Below, one piece after another: positions 1 to 10,516 of a stretch of DNA of 64,000 nt (the stretch's first letter is position 1; every line of letters begins with the position of its first letter). The position numbers were made by a program, and so were the translations under genes. The notes below the pieces were generated by a model that saw only the letters and a program-made list of their open reading frames with translations, searched no databases and was not told the DNA's origin. The DNA is from Acidobacteriota bacterium. Lineage in GTDB: Bacteria > Acidobacteriota > UBA6911. Location: the NCBI GenBank assembly GCA_003225335.1, contig QHZE01000458.1, positions 4,754 to 68,753 on the forward strand. The letters are read 5' to 3'.

Positions 1-463
1 CGCGATGCGGTTCACTCGCTACGTGGACATGCGGTACGTCGGGCAGTCATACGAGCTGATGATCGAGTCGCGCAACTGCGAACTCGAACCGGCAGACATC
101 GGCAGGCTCAACCAGGCGTTCTTCCGGCAGCACGAGCGCGCCTACGGCTACGCTGTCACCACCGAGCCGACCGAGGTGGTCAACCTGCGTGTGACGGCGA
201 CCGGCTTAATTACACGGCCGCAATTGCGGCGCGTGCCGGCCGGCGATGCGGACTCCTCAGCGGCGATCAAGGGTAAGCGGCAAGTGTACTTCAGCGAAGC
301 GGGCCGCCGTGCATCCTGCAAGGTCTACGACCGCTACAAGTTGAGGGCCGGAAACTGGATCGACGGGCCGGCCATCATCGAGGAGGCCGATTCTACCGTC
401 GTGATCCACCCCGGCTTCGGCGCTGGAGTGGACGCCTACGGGAACATCCTGATCCAGGAGTAA
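1..463 (+). CDS. hyuA: Hydantoinase/oxoprolinase A-subunit family protein, C-terminal 152 aa (5' end lies outside the window)
   Basis: The reading frame is open to the window edge. The C-terminal sequence is typical of the HyuA/N-methylhydantoinase A family. A HyuB-family gene follows after 6 nt, which is the canonical A-B arrangement. Confidence 0.6.
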   Translation, partial: AMRFTRYVDMRYVGQSYELMIESRNCELEPADIGRLNQAFFRQHERAYGYAVTTEPTEVVNLRVTATGLITRPQLRRVPAGDADSSAAIKGKRQVYFSEAGRRASCKVYDRYKLRAGNWIDGPAIIEEADSTVVIHPGFGAGVDAYGNILIQE

Positions 464-469
464 GAGCGT

Positions 470-2251
470 ATGTCGAAAGGGGCGAAACCCAGGCCAGTCG
501 CGCGGGAACCACAGCCGACCGGGCTGAGAATGGATCCGATCCGGTTCGAGGTGATGCGCAGCGCCTTCACGGCGGCGGCGGACGAAATGGCGGCCGCGCT
601 GCGCAAAGCAGCTTACTCGATCAACATCAAAACGCGCGCCGACTTTTCGTGCGCCCTGTTCGATTCCCAATTGCGCCTGATCGCCCAGTCGTTCACACAA
701 CCGGTGCACCTTGGCTCAATGCCGCGCGTGGTGCCCTCGGCGGTGGGCAAGTACGGCGTGGAAAAGCTGGGGCCGGGCGATGCGCTGGTAATAAACAACC
801 CTTACTGCAACGCTGTGCACCTGAACGACGTCACGGTCATCGCGCCGTTCTTCAGCGGGAACCAGCTTCAGGGGTATGCGGCGACGATCGCGCACCACGT
901 GGACATCGGCGGCTATGCGCCGGGCGGGTTTTGCATCTCCACCGAAGTGTACCAGGAAGGCGTGATCATACCGGTGGTCAGGCTGGTGGCGGAAGGCAAA
1001 ATTGTGGAAGATGTCTTCAGCCTGATCCTGGCCAACATTCGCTCGCCGCGCCAGTCGGCGGGTGACTTCCGTGCGCAGATTGCCGCAGCCCTTCTGGGCC
1101 AGAAGCGGATGGCGGAAATCATCGCAAAGTTCGGCGACGAGACGGTCAAAGTATTTGTGGAGGAGCTGATCGAGCACACGGAGCGGTGGTCCCGCCAGCA
1201 AATCGGGGCGCTGGCGCAGGGCGAGTACTACGCGGAGGCTTACCGCGATGACGACGGCGTGACGGACAGACCCATCCGCCTGGTGCTGCGTGGCGCGGTT
1301 CGGGACGGCGAAGTTTTCTTCGACCTCACAGGAAGTGACGAGCAACGGGAATCGCCCATGAACTGCACGCTCACGCAAACTTACTCGGCATGCGCCTATG
1401 TGGTGAAGTGCCTCATCGACCCGGATATTCCCACCAACGACGGTTTTTACCGCCTGGTACACGTGGAGGCGCCGGAGGGGACGGTGGTCCACGCCCGCCA
1501 CCCGGCCGGCGTGGTGGGCGGCTGGGAGATCGCGATGCGCCTTTGCGACCTCGGCTTCAAGCTCTTCTCCGACGCCATGCCGGACAAGGTGATGGCCTGC
1601 ACGAAGAGCATCAATTGCCACATGGCTTGCGGAGGCAGAGACCCGCGCGACGGAGAGTACTACACCTTTCTGGAAACGCTGGGAGGCGGGTACGGGGCGC
1701 GGCCGAACAAGGACGGCATGGACGGCGTACAAGCGCATTTCCAGAACACAGAGAACTCGGCAATCGAGGAGACGGAGAACAACTACCCCTTCATGATCAC
1801 GCGGTACGAGTTGATTCCCGATTCGGAGGGCGCCGGTCGCCACCGCGGTGGGCTGGGCATCCGGCGCGACTGGATGTTCCGCGACCATGAAAGCACGCTG
1901 ACGATCTTTTCCGACAGCCGCAAGTTCCCGCCTTGGGGGTTGTTCGGCGGCGGCAGCGGCGCTCCTTCGCGCTACATCATGAATCCGGATGCCGAAGCGA
2001 CGGAACTGCCGTCGAAGGTCACCGCGCGGCTTAAGCCGAACTCCGTAATCAGCTATCGGACACCGGGAGGCGGCGGCTACGGCCCGGCTCTGGAACGCGA
2101 CCCGCAACGGGTCTTGGCCGACGTCATTGACGGGAAGGTGAGTGTGGACCGAGCCCGTGAGGCGTACGGAGTGGTCGTGGACCCGTTGACCCGCAGTGTG
2201 GACCCGGAAGCCACGCGGCAACTGCGCGAGCAGATGACCGTACGGAAATGA
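470..2251 (+). CDS. hyuB: Hydantoinase B/oxoprolinase family protein (HyuB-like, 593 aa)
   Basis: The long ORF follows hyuA after 6 nt. The composition and motifs match the HyuB/N-methylhydantoinase B family (DPIRFEVMRSAF... at the N-terminus). Confidence 0.7.
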   Translation: MSKGAKPRPVAREPQPTGLRMDPIRFEVMRSAFTAAADEMAAALRKAAYSINIKTRADFSCALFDSQLRLIAQSFTQPVHLGSMPRVVPSAVGKYGVEKLGPGDALVINNPYCNAVHLNDVTVIAPFFSGNQLQGYAATIAHHVDIGGYAPGGFCISTEVYQEGVIIPVVRLVAEGKIVEDVFSLILANIRSPRQSAGDFRAQIAAALLGQKRMAEIIAKFGDETVKVFVEELIEHTERWSRQQIGALAQGEYYAEAYRDDDGVTDRPIRLVLRGAVRDGEVFFDLTGSDEQRESPMNCTLTQTYSACAYVVKCLIDPDIPTNDGFYRLVHVEAPEGTVVHARHPAGVVGGWEIAMRLCDLGFKLFSDAMPDKVMACTKSINCHMACGGRDPRDGEYYTFLETLGGGYGARPNKDGMDGVQAHFQNTENSAIEETENNYPFMITRYELIPDSEGAGRHRGGLGIRRDWMFRDHESTLTIFSDSRKFPPWGLFGGGSGAPSRYIMNPDAEATELPSKVTARLKPNSVISYRTPGGGGYGPALERDPQRVLADVIDGKVSVDRAREAYGVVVDPLTRSVDPEATRQLREQMTVRK

Positions 2252-2391
2252 GTCGGGCAATAACAGAGACCGCGGACGCCGTCGTCATCGGCGGCGGGGA
2301 ATCCTTGGCACGAGCACAGCGTACCACCTCACCCGGTTGGTGTTCGGCAAGGCCGTGCCGTTGTTTAGGGAGCGCGAAAGGAGGCGTTTGG

Positions 2392-3561
2392 ATGCAAACG
2401 GCGGATGTGGTTGTCATCGGGGCGGGTATCAACGGAGCGGCCATCGCATACAATCTCGCGAAGCGCGGCCTGAAGAACGTGGTGCTCGTTGAGAAACACC
2501 TGCTGGCTTCCGGCGGAACGGGCAGGTCGGCCGCCTTTCTGCGCCAGCACTATTCGAACGAAGAGTTGGTGCGGATGGCGAAGCGGTCGGTGGAGATTTT
2601 CCGCAATTTCGACGACATGATCGGAGGCGATTGCGGGTACGTGCAGTGCGGTTGGGTTTTCCTGGTTCCCGAGGGCGTGGCGGAGGCTTTCATGGGCAAC
2701 GTGGCCATGCAGCAACGGCTGGGCGTGGACACGCGAGAGATCAGCAAGGAGGAACTGAAGGAGCTCGAACCGCGCGTCAACCTGGCGGACGTGGACAGAA
2801 TCTGTTACGAGAAAACGACGGGGTACGCGAACCCCCACGACTCTACCTACTGCTACGTCCAACGCTTCCGGGAGCTCGGCGGCACGCTGATGCATATGAC
2901 GCCGGTGCAGGGCTTGATGATCGAGAACGGCGCGGTGAAAGGCGTGCGGACCAGCCGGGGCGACATCGCCACTGGCGTGGTGATCAACGCGGCCGGGCCA
3001 TGGGCCCACATTGTCGGGCAGTGGGCAGGGTTGGACGTTCCCATCCAGGTGACGCGGGAGACGGAAATCATCCTGGAGACCGCCGATGTGGACGGGCCGC
3101 CGAGGCTGGCGTTCTCCGATATGGCGAAGGCCATCTACTACCGGCCGGACGGCGGCACCCGCACGCTGCTGGGCCGCGGTTTCCCCAAGCCGTATGAGTT
3201 TGTGGATCCAGACCACTTCAAAGACCAGGCGGACATCGATTTCCTCGACGACATGTCGCGCCGCTTCGTCGAGCGCTTCCCCGGCTTCGAAAAGGCGTTG
3301 TTCATCAACTCTTACGTCGGCCTCTACGACGTCACTCCAGACTGGTATCCCATCCTCGGGAAGGTGGAGGGCCTCAGGGGCTTTCACATGTGCGCGGGAT
3401 TCAGCGGGCACGGCTTCAAGCTGGGTCCGTGCATCGGCGAGCTGATCGCCGAGGAGATAATCGACGGCAAGGCGGAGAGTGTGGACATTTCACGGTTCAG
3501 CCTGTCGCGGTTCTCGCGCGGCGAACTGTTCAGGGCCGCGTACGGGGGCAACCGCGCATAG
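2392..3561 (+). CDS. FAD-dependent oxidoreductase (DAO family, sarcosine-oxidase-beta/D-amino-acid-dehydrogenase-like)
   Basis: A Rossmann dinucleotide motif (DVVVIGAGINGAAIAYNL...VEKH) sits at the N-terminus. An AAAGGAGG ribosome-binding site lies 5-12 nt upstream of the ATG at 2392. The ORF track's longer version starts at 2248 and overlaps the hyuB stop (ATGA); that is an alternative start. Confidence 0.7.
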   Translation: MQTADVVVIGAGINGAAIAYNLAKRGLKNVVLVEKHLLASGGTGRSAAFLRQHYSNEELVRMAKRSVEIFRNFDDMIGGDCGYVQCGWVFLVPEGVAEAFMGNVAMQQRLGVDTREISKEELKELEPRVNLADVDRICYEKTTGYANPHDSTYCYVQRFRELGGTLMHMTPVQGLMIENGAVKGVRTSRGDIATGVVINAAGPWAHIVGQWAGLDVPIQVTRETEIILETADVDGPPRLAFSDMAKAIYYRPDGGTRTLLGRGFPKPYEFVDPDHFKDQADIDFLDDMSRRFVERFPGFEKALFINSYVGLYDVTPDWYPILGKVEGLRGFHMCAGFSGHGFKLGPCIGELIAEEIIDGKAESVDISRFSLSRFSRGELFRAAYGGNRA

Positions 3562-3610
3562 GCGTGCGGGCCGCGCCTTCGGCGCTCCACATCTAATTCA
3601 TTCAACTTCT

Positions 3611-3701
3611 GCTCACCCCTGGCTAATTTCCGTCCCACCCCTTCGCGGTGGAAGAGTTTCGACCCATAGGCGGGGCGGAATGGGTTGCCGTATTTATGGC
3701 C
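3611..3701. repeat. Half-copy of MITE family B (right arm only)
   Basis: About 90 bp are near-identical to the right arm of the family-B elements at 33193-33427 and 56148-56385 (gctcacccctggctaa...ccataggcggggcggaat..gttaccgtatttatgg). Confidence 0.6.
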
Positions 3702-3709
3702 ACATGTAC

Positions 3710-3969
3710 TTAGCTAGTTTCTGGCGCGAAACCAAGGACCCCGAAGGGGTCCAGCAGGACAGCCCAGGGTGCAAGCCCTGGGTTCAAGGGCCAAATTGCG
3801 GAAAGCCCTGAAAGGGCGGCGCAGGGAGTTCGATCTCAACTCCAGATAAATGCTCGTCATAAGGCGCCTCTTTGGTACCGGGACCAACTGCATCGCCCCT
3901 TCGGGGCTTCCCTTGTTACTGTGCTTGTTCCCAGGGCTTGCGCCCTGGGCTTTCCTGAGTCGCCCCTGC
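3710..3969. mobile_element. MITE family A copy, truncated at its distal end
   Basis: This is the reverse complement of the full copy at 19272-19561. It starts with the terminal inverted repeat (TIR) ttagctagtttctggcgcgaaac. The other TIR is missing. The repeat lacks coding capacity of its own, although the frameshifted glycoside-hydrolase-like gene 3916-6334 reads into it for its last codons. Confidence 0.65.
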
Positions 3970-6334
3970 CGGGGGAGAGAACTGTGGAAACGGGTAATAG
4001 ATCTTGTCCCAGGCAACCGGATCGGCGTAATGTCGTCCGTGGTGGAAATTCCAAATATTTTTCATCGTCTGTTCCACCAGCTCCATCCCGCTCACCAGGA
4101 AAAGGTTGGCCCGGTACAGCACCCCTAAGTCCGACGGGTGATCCACCACCTCGGCAAATTTCTCCGTAGTCTTCCTTCCTAATTGCCTCGCCTCCGTAAA
4201 CAGGGCGATGCTGTCGTCCATTCGCCGTAAGAAGTCCTGTTGATCTGACCTGCTGCGTAGCCGGAAGGCCTCTCCAAAGGCAATGTAGGCACGCCGTGCC
4301 GTGATCAAGGTCTGCAGGAGTAGGATGTAAGACTCGGTCTTGTTGCGCAGGTAATTCAACTCTGCGCGCCCGCGCGGTGCCACATTCTGTGAAGCCTTCT
4401 CCAGCGACCGCAAAGCTCTCTTCAACATGTCCACACTTTGTGTGAAGTAGCGAATGCTGTCGTGGCTCTGGCTAATGAATTTTTCCCAGCCCACAGGCCC
4501 CTCGAAAGGATTGGGCTGCCTGTAGAGCTGATAGGCTGTGGCAATCTCGGGGAGCACACTGCAGCAATTGAAGTTGGATCGGCCTACCCAACCCAGACTC
4601 CTTAGGCTTCAGCTTCGGATTCCAGGCGCCTTCGGCCCAATAGCGGTAGTTAGTTTCGGTGCCCCGGGCCCGGTTCAACTGGCCGACCAGGCCCGTCACC
4701 CCGTTCTCCGCTGACCCTTCCAGCGCCCGATCTTTGTCATAGAGGTTTACGTTGAACTGCATTCCGAACATGGCACTGTCGTCATCCAAGCGGTGCACTA
4801 AACTCCGCTCCCGTTCGCCCATCCCGCCGAAGTACTGCATAGGCACTCCTTGGGGCGTCGAGATGGCCCGCGACTCCATGCTGAAGAACGGCACAGTCTT
4901 GGGGAACATCTTGTCTAAGATGGGCATGAGATATCCGCGAAAAATTGTGCCAATACTCAGCCTCACGTTCGGTGCGATGCGGTCCCGCGCCTCGAGCATC
5001 TTTCGGATGATGTGTATCGAACCGATATTGGAATCAAGGACGATGTCGGGATCCCGCTCGTAAGCCGTGTAAGGCGCCCATAACTTAAGAAGCGCGTCGT
5101 ACCTGGGCCGCTCGCTCAGAAAAAGAGACTGGCTGCGCTCGTCTGAACAGTCCGGATAAAGTTCTGGGATCCACAGCAGAAATCCTTCGGCATCCGGATA
5201 GGTGGTGGCCAGAGCTTTTAGACGGCTTTCGTTGATCTCGTGCAGAATGGGGTCGGCCGGGCACATCTGGGTCCCCAGAATTGGGTGGAACGGCAACTGT
5301 GAATTGGCGGCTCGAGTGGCATAACGCGCCAGGTTGCCGGGCAAGGTGGTGGGATCAAAACTTAGTGTCATTTTGATCTTGCGAGTCTTGGCATACCGGA
5401 TCATTTCGTTGAGGAAGTCTCTGGCCACCTGGAAAGCCTGCTCGGGAGTTTCCACATCTTGAAATTCCCGCGGAGCCATCCGTGTCCGGCCGTCAAAGAG
5501 ATGTTGACCTACAGGAAGGTCCTTAATCAGATAAGAGCCGTAGTGATAGCGCCACAGCATGTAGCCGCTCTCTTTTCCTGTGGCGTCGCCCAAGAGCTTG
5601 TGCTCGCCCCGATACTCGAAATCGATCCAGGGTTCGTGCTCAAACCAGCCAAAGTTAAGGTAATTCATCTTCAGTTTAGCCATCTGGTCCAGAAAGGCCT
5701 TGACCTGCGACAGATGCCAGATACTGCGGTTCGGGTAAATGCTCGATATTGCCAGACCTCGACGCGGGAAGGGGGTTTCAACGCGAGCACTAAGAGCAGG
5801 CAGTCGCAGATCCTTGGTTTTCTCTGGCAAGATGTCTTTGTTGAACATGAAGGTCACGCCGAGTTGCTCCAGCAGTTCGTAAGCCGCGTACATAGTTGAG
5901 GCTTCGTCATTACCTCCCACGACCAAGATCTTCCGCCCGGGTAGCCTGGCGGTCTGCAAGACAAAGCCGTCCGATTTCAGACCGGAAAAGCTCACTAATC
6001 CTTTTCCCGCAGCCTGCTGAACCAAGCTGTTGACGGTAGGTCCTCCGAGCAGAATCCACAGTCCGACCGGCTTAGCCGTAGGCTGTCCGACCGAGCTGAT
6101 TTCCAATGCGGCACCGGTGATGGCTGTGATGTAGCGCTGGAGCTCTTCGGCCACAAAGCGGTGGAATGGGGTGACATTGTTGCCGATCACAATGACTGCC
6201 TGGGGCTCCCCGTCACGAACTAGATAGTCGGCTGGCGCTGAGCTGGCTGTCTGTCCATGAGAAGACCTTAAAGGGATGACAGTCAGGGCGCAAATCACGA
6301 ATTTATTTATTATCCGTGCCTTGGGAAAGTTCAT
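3916..6334 (-). pseudogene. Secreted glycoside-hydrolase-like protein (about 830 aa if repaired), frameshifted near 4470-4560; the C-terminal codons come from MITE A
   Basis: Two ORFs overlap in different frames: 6334->4472 (620 aa, signal peptide, ...IVIGNN... N-domain) and 4557->3916 (213 aa). The 213-aa part is homologous to the C-terminal domain of the gene at 38395-39567. The last residues (...PAGATQESPGRKPWEQAQ) are encoded by MITE A. Confidence 0.5.
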
Positions 6335-6501
6335 ACAATCGTCCTTAGATTGGAGTCTCAGCCTTTACACAACGAGCTTTAACCCAGCATTATTTATTCG
6401 CTGCTGGGCACAGCGACACTACCGTCAGCGGTACTCTAGCTAAGAGTCGGCGGCCGAGGAACGAATCATGCCAGCAGACACAAAAAAAGCTATGCTCCAC
6501 T

Positions 6502-9500
6502 TTACCAAATAAACTTAAGGCCAAACTGAATGGCACGCGCCAGTCCTGCGCTGCTGATTATGCCGAAGCTGCTAGACTCTAAGGTGGTGTCCGGGCGGCC
6601 GAGGTTAACAAAATTGAAGGCGTTAAAGAACTCGGCACGAAATTGGAGGCTCTTTGACTCGCTGATCGGAAAATTTTTGTTCAGTGAAAGATCCACGTTT
6701 TTGTATCCAGGCCCATCTAAATACTGAACCCCGGCGTTGCCATAAGTCCTGAAGGCCGGGAGCGCAAAGCACCCGGTATCAAACCATCGTTCGCGCGTGC
6801 GCTGGTCAGGTGGCAGATTGCCGTTACAGATCCGGTTAGGGAAGTGGTTGAAAATAGCTCCGGTATCGGAGGGGTCCGCTATCGTATCGACGTGGAATGC
6901 GGTGCCGGATTGAAGGTTGAAAATACTATTGACCTGCCAACCGTGGAACACCTGCCTGGCCACACCGCTTTTCAGGTTTTGTCCGAGCGGCAGTTCGTAG
7001 CTCATGCTGTAAACAAAAAGGTGGCGGATGTCGAAAACACTGCGGCCGCGATCCAGATCGCCAAGACGATAGTTTCGCGTCGCTTTCGCATCAAAGGAGT
7101 CGTTATCTAAAGCCTTCGACCAGGTATAAGAGGTCTGAAAGGTCAACCCGTGGCTGTAGACCTTGCGTAGCGTTAACTGCAGACCGTTGTAGCTGGAATT
7201 GCTAAAGCCCCGGTCGTCCAAAATAAAGGAAAAACGAGGATAAGGCCGGCGCTCTTCTAAGGGTCTAGTGTCATTAAGGGCAGGGAGCGGCGCAACGTTC
7301 GAGTCAACGCGCTTGGACAGCTTCGTACCCTTTGAACCAATGTAGGCGCCTTCTAGAAACAGGTCACCGGGCAATGTGCGCTGCATGCTTAAGGTCCACT
7401 GCTGGACGTAGGGACTCCTTCGGTCGCTCAGCACAAACAGCGCAATGCCTTCGTAGGAGTTAGGGTCAAGGACATTTACATCGGGAAACAACTTCGAAAT
7501 ATCAATCGTGGGCACATTTTGGTCGCTGACTAACGTCTGACCTACAATGAAGGGAGGGAAATTCCTCTGGAAGGCCCATTCGTTCCCAGGGAGCCGGTCA
7601 TAGAAAATACCGTAGCTGCTGCGAATGGCCCATTTTTGACTCCCCCCTGGCGCCCAGGCAAAGCCGAACCGGGGGGCAAAATCATTACGGTCAGGTGTTA
7701 GCAATCCGCGGGAAACTCCGTCCCTTCCCGCCAGCAGAATCTTGCCAGTGCTAAAGTCAAAAGTCCCGATGTGGTCGTACTTTTCAATCAGCGGCTGGGT
7801 GTACTGATAGCGCAAGCCAAAGTTCAGGGTCAGGTTTTTGGTGAGTTTAAAGTTGTCGTTGACATAAGCATCCCACCAGGTTCCTCTTCGGTAAGCAGCG
7901 GGAGCGTTATTCTGTCCCCCGGCAACGAACGGCGCACCCAACAAGTAATCCGCCACCGAGTGACCGCTGAATTGCCCGGTGAATGTAAGACTCCCGCTCT
8001 GCTGGTACGCACCAATATCACGGAACTGCACACGGATGACCTGGCCGCCTAGAGTGATGTTGTGCCGACCGCGGGTGTAAGCCAGATTGTCAATGAAGTG
8101 ATAGTTGTTGTTTAAGGTGATAACACAATTTTGAAAGGTAAACCCAAAGGTACCAAATCCCGCCAGATCGACTGCTGTGACGCCGTTGCATAGGGGATTC
8201 TGGTTAAGATTTTTGAGACCCAACGCGACTGGCCAATTGGGGCTGCTGACCGCCCCCTCGGGAGTACTCGTAAATAAGACTGCCCGATCCAAACCCGAGC
8301 GAACATCGTTGACAAGGTTCGGACTGAAAACATGAGTCCACGCCAGGACGGCGTTGCGCGTGTTGAATGGACTGCTAGAGCCGTTGAAAGGTAAAATACT
8401 TGTGCCAAATTGGTCCGAGTTTGAAAGAGAAAGCCGGCCGAAAACCTTGTTACGGTCAGAAGAGTTCCAGTCCCCTCGGATATCATATTTATAATCATTC
8501 TGCACGAACCGGGTATTCCCGATTCGATTGAAGGGGCCGTCAGTTAAGGGCGTCGGTGGCGGGATAAATTGGTTATACGTTTTGGCAAACGGGCTAATAC
8601 GATCTGCGGGAATGATGTTTCCCTGGAAAGGCCGCCGGGTGCCTGTATTCGGAACATAGGTAAGGGGGTCGTAAATGATCGTTGCTGGCAGCAACGCGGA
8701 AAAGTCTCCGTTCAGCATGGCCGGGGTGGGCACAATGGCCCGCTCACCCGTGAAAGTTCGGCGGATTCGCTGTCCCTCATAAGCGCCAAAAACAAACACT
8801 TTGTCTTTTACGATCGGTCCTCCGGCCGCCACCCCAAACTGGTTCTGGCGGTTGGGGCCTTTGCCCTGCGCGAAAGCGTTGCGGGCGTCCAGCTTGTCGT
8901 TCCTCAAAAACTCCCAGGCCGCCCCGTGGAATACGTTGGTCCCTGATTTCGTCACCACATTCACTACAGCGGGAAGCCCGTACTCGGGGCTGAAGTATCC
9001 CTGCTGCACCTTGAACTCGCTGATGCCCTCTAGTACCGGCTGGGTCCCCACCGCAGCATAGAAGTTGTGTTTGCTGGGGATGCCGTCGAACAAAATGTCG
9101 TTCGATCCCTCCCGCATCCCGGACACGGCGACAGCAACCCCGGGCCGGCCGCCGGACAAACCCGTTGCATTGCTCTCGACGTTTCCGACAGCCGGATTGA
9201 CTGCGCCGGCCGACAAATAGGCCAAACTCAGAAAGGAGCGTCCGTTGAGCGGCAGTTCCACGATTCTCCTCTCCTCGATGACGTTTCCCAAAGAGGCGGT
9301 TTCAGCGTTGACCGCAACCGGGTTAGCCTCCACATTGACGGTCTGAGTCACTTCGCCAACCTGCAGGACAATGTCTTGCCGGCGTTGCTCGTCTACGCGT
9401 AGGACCAAATCATTTATTGTTGATGTACGAAATGAGACCAGTTCTGCCTTCAGAGAGTAAATTCCAGGCTGTACAAAGACGAATCGGTAATTCCCATTGT

Positions 9501-9702
9501 TGTCACTGTTGATCCTGCGGACTTCGTTGGTTTGAGTGTTGGTTAAAGTCACAGCAACGCCAGATACTACTGCCCCAGACGGGTCGGTAATCGTTCCCAA
9601 CACCTCACCGCTGCTTTTTTGAGCCGCAGCTTTGCCAGCTGCGCACAAAAACAGGATAAGCCCTATCCAGATAGATCGGCTTTTCATAAGGAGCCTCCCC
9701 AA
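6502..9702 (-). CDS. TonB-dependent outer-membrane receptor (CarboxypepD_reg-like N-domain + plug + beta-barrel, 1066 aa)
   Basis: Signal peptide MKSRSIWIGLILFLCAAGKAAAQ. An Acidobacteria-type CarboxypepD_reg domain is present (GTITDPSGAVVSGVAVTLTN...GNYRF). The C-terminus ends ...IQFGLKFIW, with terminal aromatic residues. Confidence 0.8.
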   Translation of the reverse strand: MGRLLMKSRSIWIGLILFLCAAGKAAAQKSSGEVLGTITDPSGAVVSGVAVTLTNTQTNEVRRINSDNNGNYRFVFVQPGIYSLKAELVSFRTSTINDLVLRVDEQRRQDIVLQVGEVTQTVNVEANPVAVNAETASLGNVIEERRIVELPLNGRSFLSLAYLSAGAVNPAVGNVESNATGLSGGRPGVAVAVSGMREGSNDILFDGIPSKHNFYAAVGTQPVLEGISEFKVQQGYFSPEYGLPAVVNVVTKSGTNVFHGAAWEFLRNDKLDARNAFAQGKGPNRQNQFGVAAGGPIVKDKVFVFGAYEGQRIRRTFTGERAIVPTPAMLNGDFSALLPATIIYDPLTYVPNTGTRRPFQGNIIPADRISPFAKTYNQFIPPPTPLTDGPFNRIGNTRFVQNDYKYDIRGDWNSSDRNKVFGRLSLSNSDQFGTSILPFNGSSSPFNTRNAVLAWTHVFSPNLVNDVRSGLDRAVLFTSTPEGAVSSPNWPVALGLKNLNQNPLCNGVTAVDLAGFGTFGFTFQNCVITLNNNYHFIDNLAYTRGRHNITLGGQVIRVQFRDIGAYQQSGSLTFTGQFSGHSVADYLLGAPFVAGGQNNAPAAYRRGTWWDAYVNDNFKLTKNLTLNFGLRYQYTQPLIEKYDHIGTFDFSTGKILLAGRDGVSRGLLTPDRNDFAPRFGFAWAPGGSQKWAIRSSYGIFYDRLPGNEWAFQRNFPPFIVGQTLVSDQNVPTIDISKLFPDVNVLDPNSYEGIALFVLSDRRSPYVQQWTLSMQRTLPGDLFLEGAYIGSKGTKLSKRVDSNVAPLPALNDTRPLEERRPYPRFSFILDDRGFSNSSYNGLQLTLRKVYSHGLTFQTSYTWSKALDNDSFDAKATRNYRLGDLDRGRSVFDIRHLFVYSMSYELPLGQNLKSGVARQVFHGWQVNSIFNLQSGTAFHVDTIADPSDTGAIFNHFPNRICNGNLPPDQRTRERWFDTGCFALPAFRTYGNAGVQYLDGPGYKNVDLSLNKNFPISESKSLQFRAEFFNAFNFVNLGRPDTTLESSSFGIISSAGLARAIQFGLKFIW

Positions 9703-9823
9703 CGGCTAATTTTCCGAAAGAAACCTATTTCATTGTCGCTGGTCAAACTGCTCTGGACCTGGCCGTGATCTCTTCGGCGTCTCTCCGAAGCTAGGGATCA
9801 CGCATTGAGGAAAGTGGGCCTCG

Positions 9824-10516
9824 TCATGTGACGTCGGAGATTTTCTCCAGGGTCTTGCGTCCCTGCTCAACATGATTGCGGAGGAGCTGCTCCGCCAGCT
9901 CGCCGTCCTTTCGCTCGAAGGCCTCGATAATTTGTCGATGCTCCCCGGTAGAATGGTGCATGCGGCCGGGCATGTTGAGCGAGAATATGCGAAATCGGTA
10001 GATCTGCTCCTTGTAGCTGGACACCAGGCTCGAGAGCCTCTGGTTGGTGCATCTGTCCAGGAAAGTCTGATGGAATTCGGTGTTCAGGTTCATGAAGGTG
10101 GAAGCGTCGCCCGCCTTGGCAGCCTTCACCATTTGGCGGTCCAGTTTCCTAAGCTTGCGAATATCGGCTGGCTCCATATTGGCGGCAGCGATCCGAGCGG
10201 CGAGCCCTTCCAGGGCAGCAACAATCGGATAGATTTCACCGAGATCCACCTTGGAGATCTCAGATACTACGGCCCCTTTTCCTGGGTCCAGGGTGACCAA
10301 TCCCTCGTGCTCCAGTCGCATCAACGCCTCCCGGATCGGAGTCCGGCTGATGCCGAGATGGTTCCCAAGATCGACTTCGTTCAGTTTCTGACCCGGCTTG
10401 AGTCCTCCCCTGGTGATAGACTCCTTGAGGAACTCATACACCTCAATCCGCAGAGGCTTCCTCTTAAACCGCTCCTTTTCGAGTTTTAGTTCTTGGAGGT
10501 TGCTTTCGGCCATCAT
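9824..10516 (-). CDS. GntR-family transcriptional regulator (FadR/FCD subfamily)
   Basis: A helix-turn-helix is present (LNEVDLGNHLGISRTPIREALMRLEHEGLV) followed by an FCD-like C-domain. Two adjacent ATG codons at 10516/10513 follow an AGAAAGGAA ribosome-binding site. The ORF track's start at 10561 is probably too long. Confidence 0.8.
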   Translation of the reverse strand: MMAESNLQELKLEKERFKRKPLRIEVYEFLKESITRGGLKPGQKLNEVDLGNHLGISRTPIREALMRLEHEGLVTLDPGKGAVVSEISKVDLGEIYPIVAALEGLAARIAAANMEPADIRKLRKLDRQMVKAAKAGDASTFMNLNTEFHQTFLDRCTNQRLSSLVSSYKEQIYRFRIFSLNMPGRMHHSTGEHRQIIEAFERKDGELAEQLLRNHVEQGRKTLEKISDVT

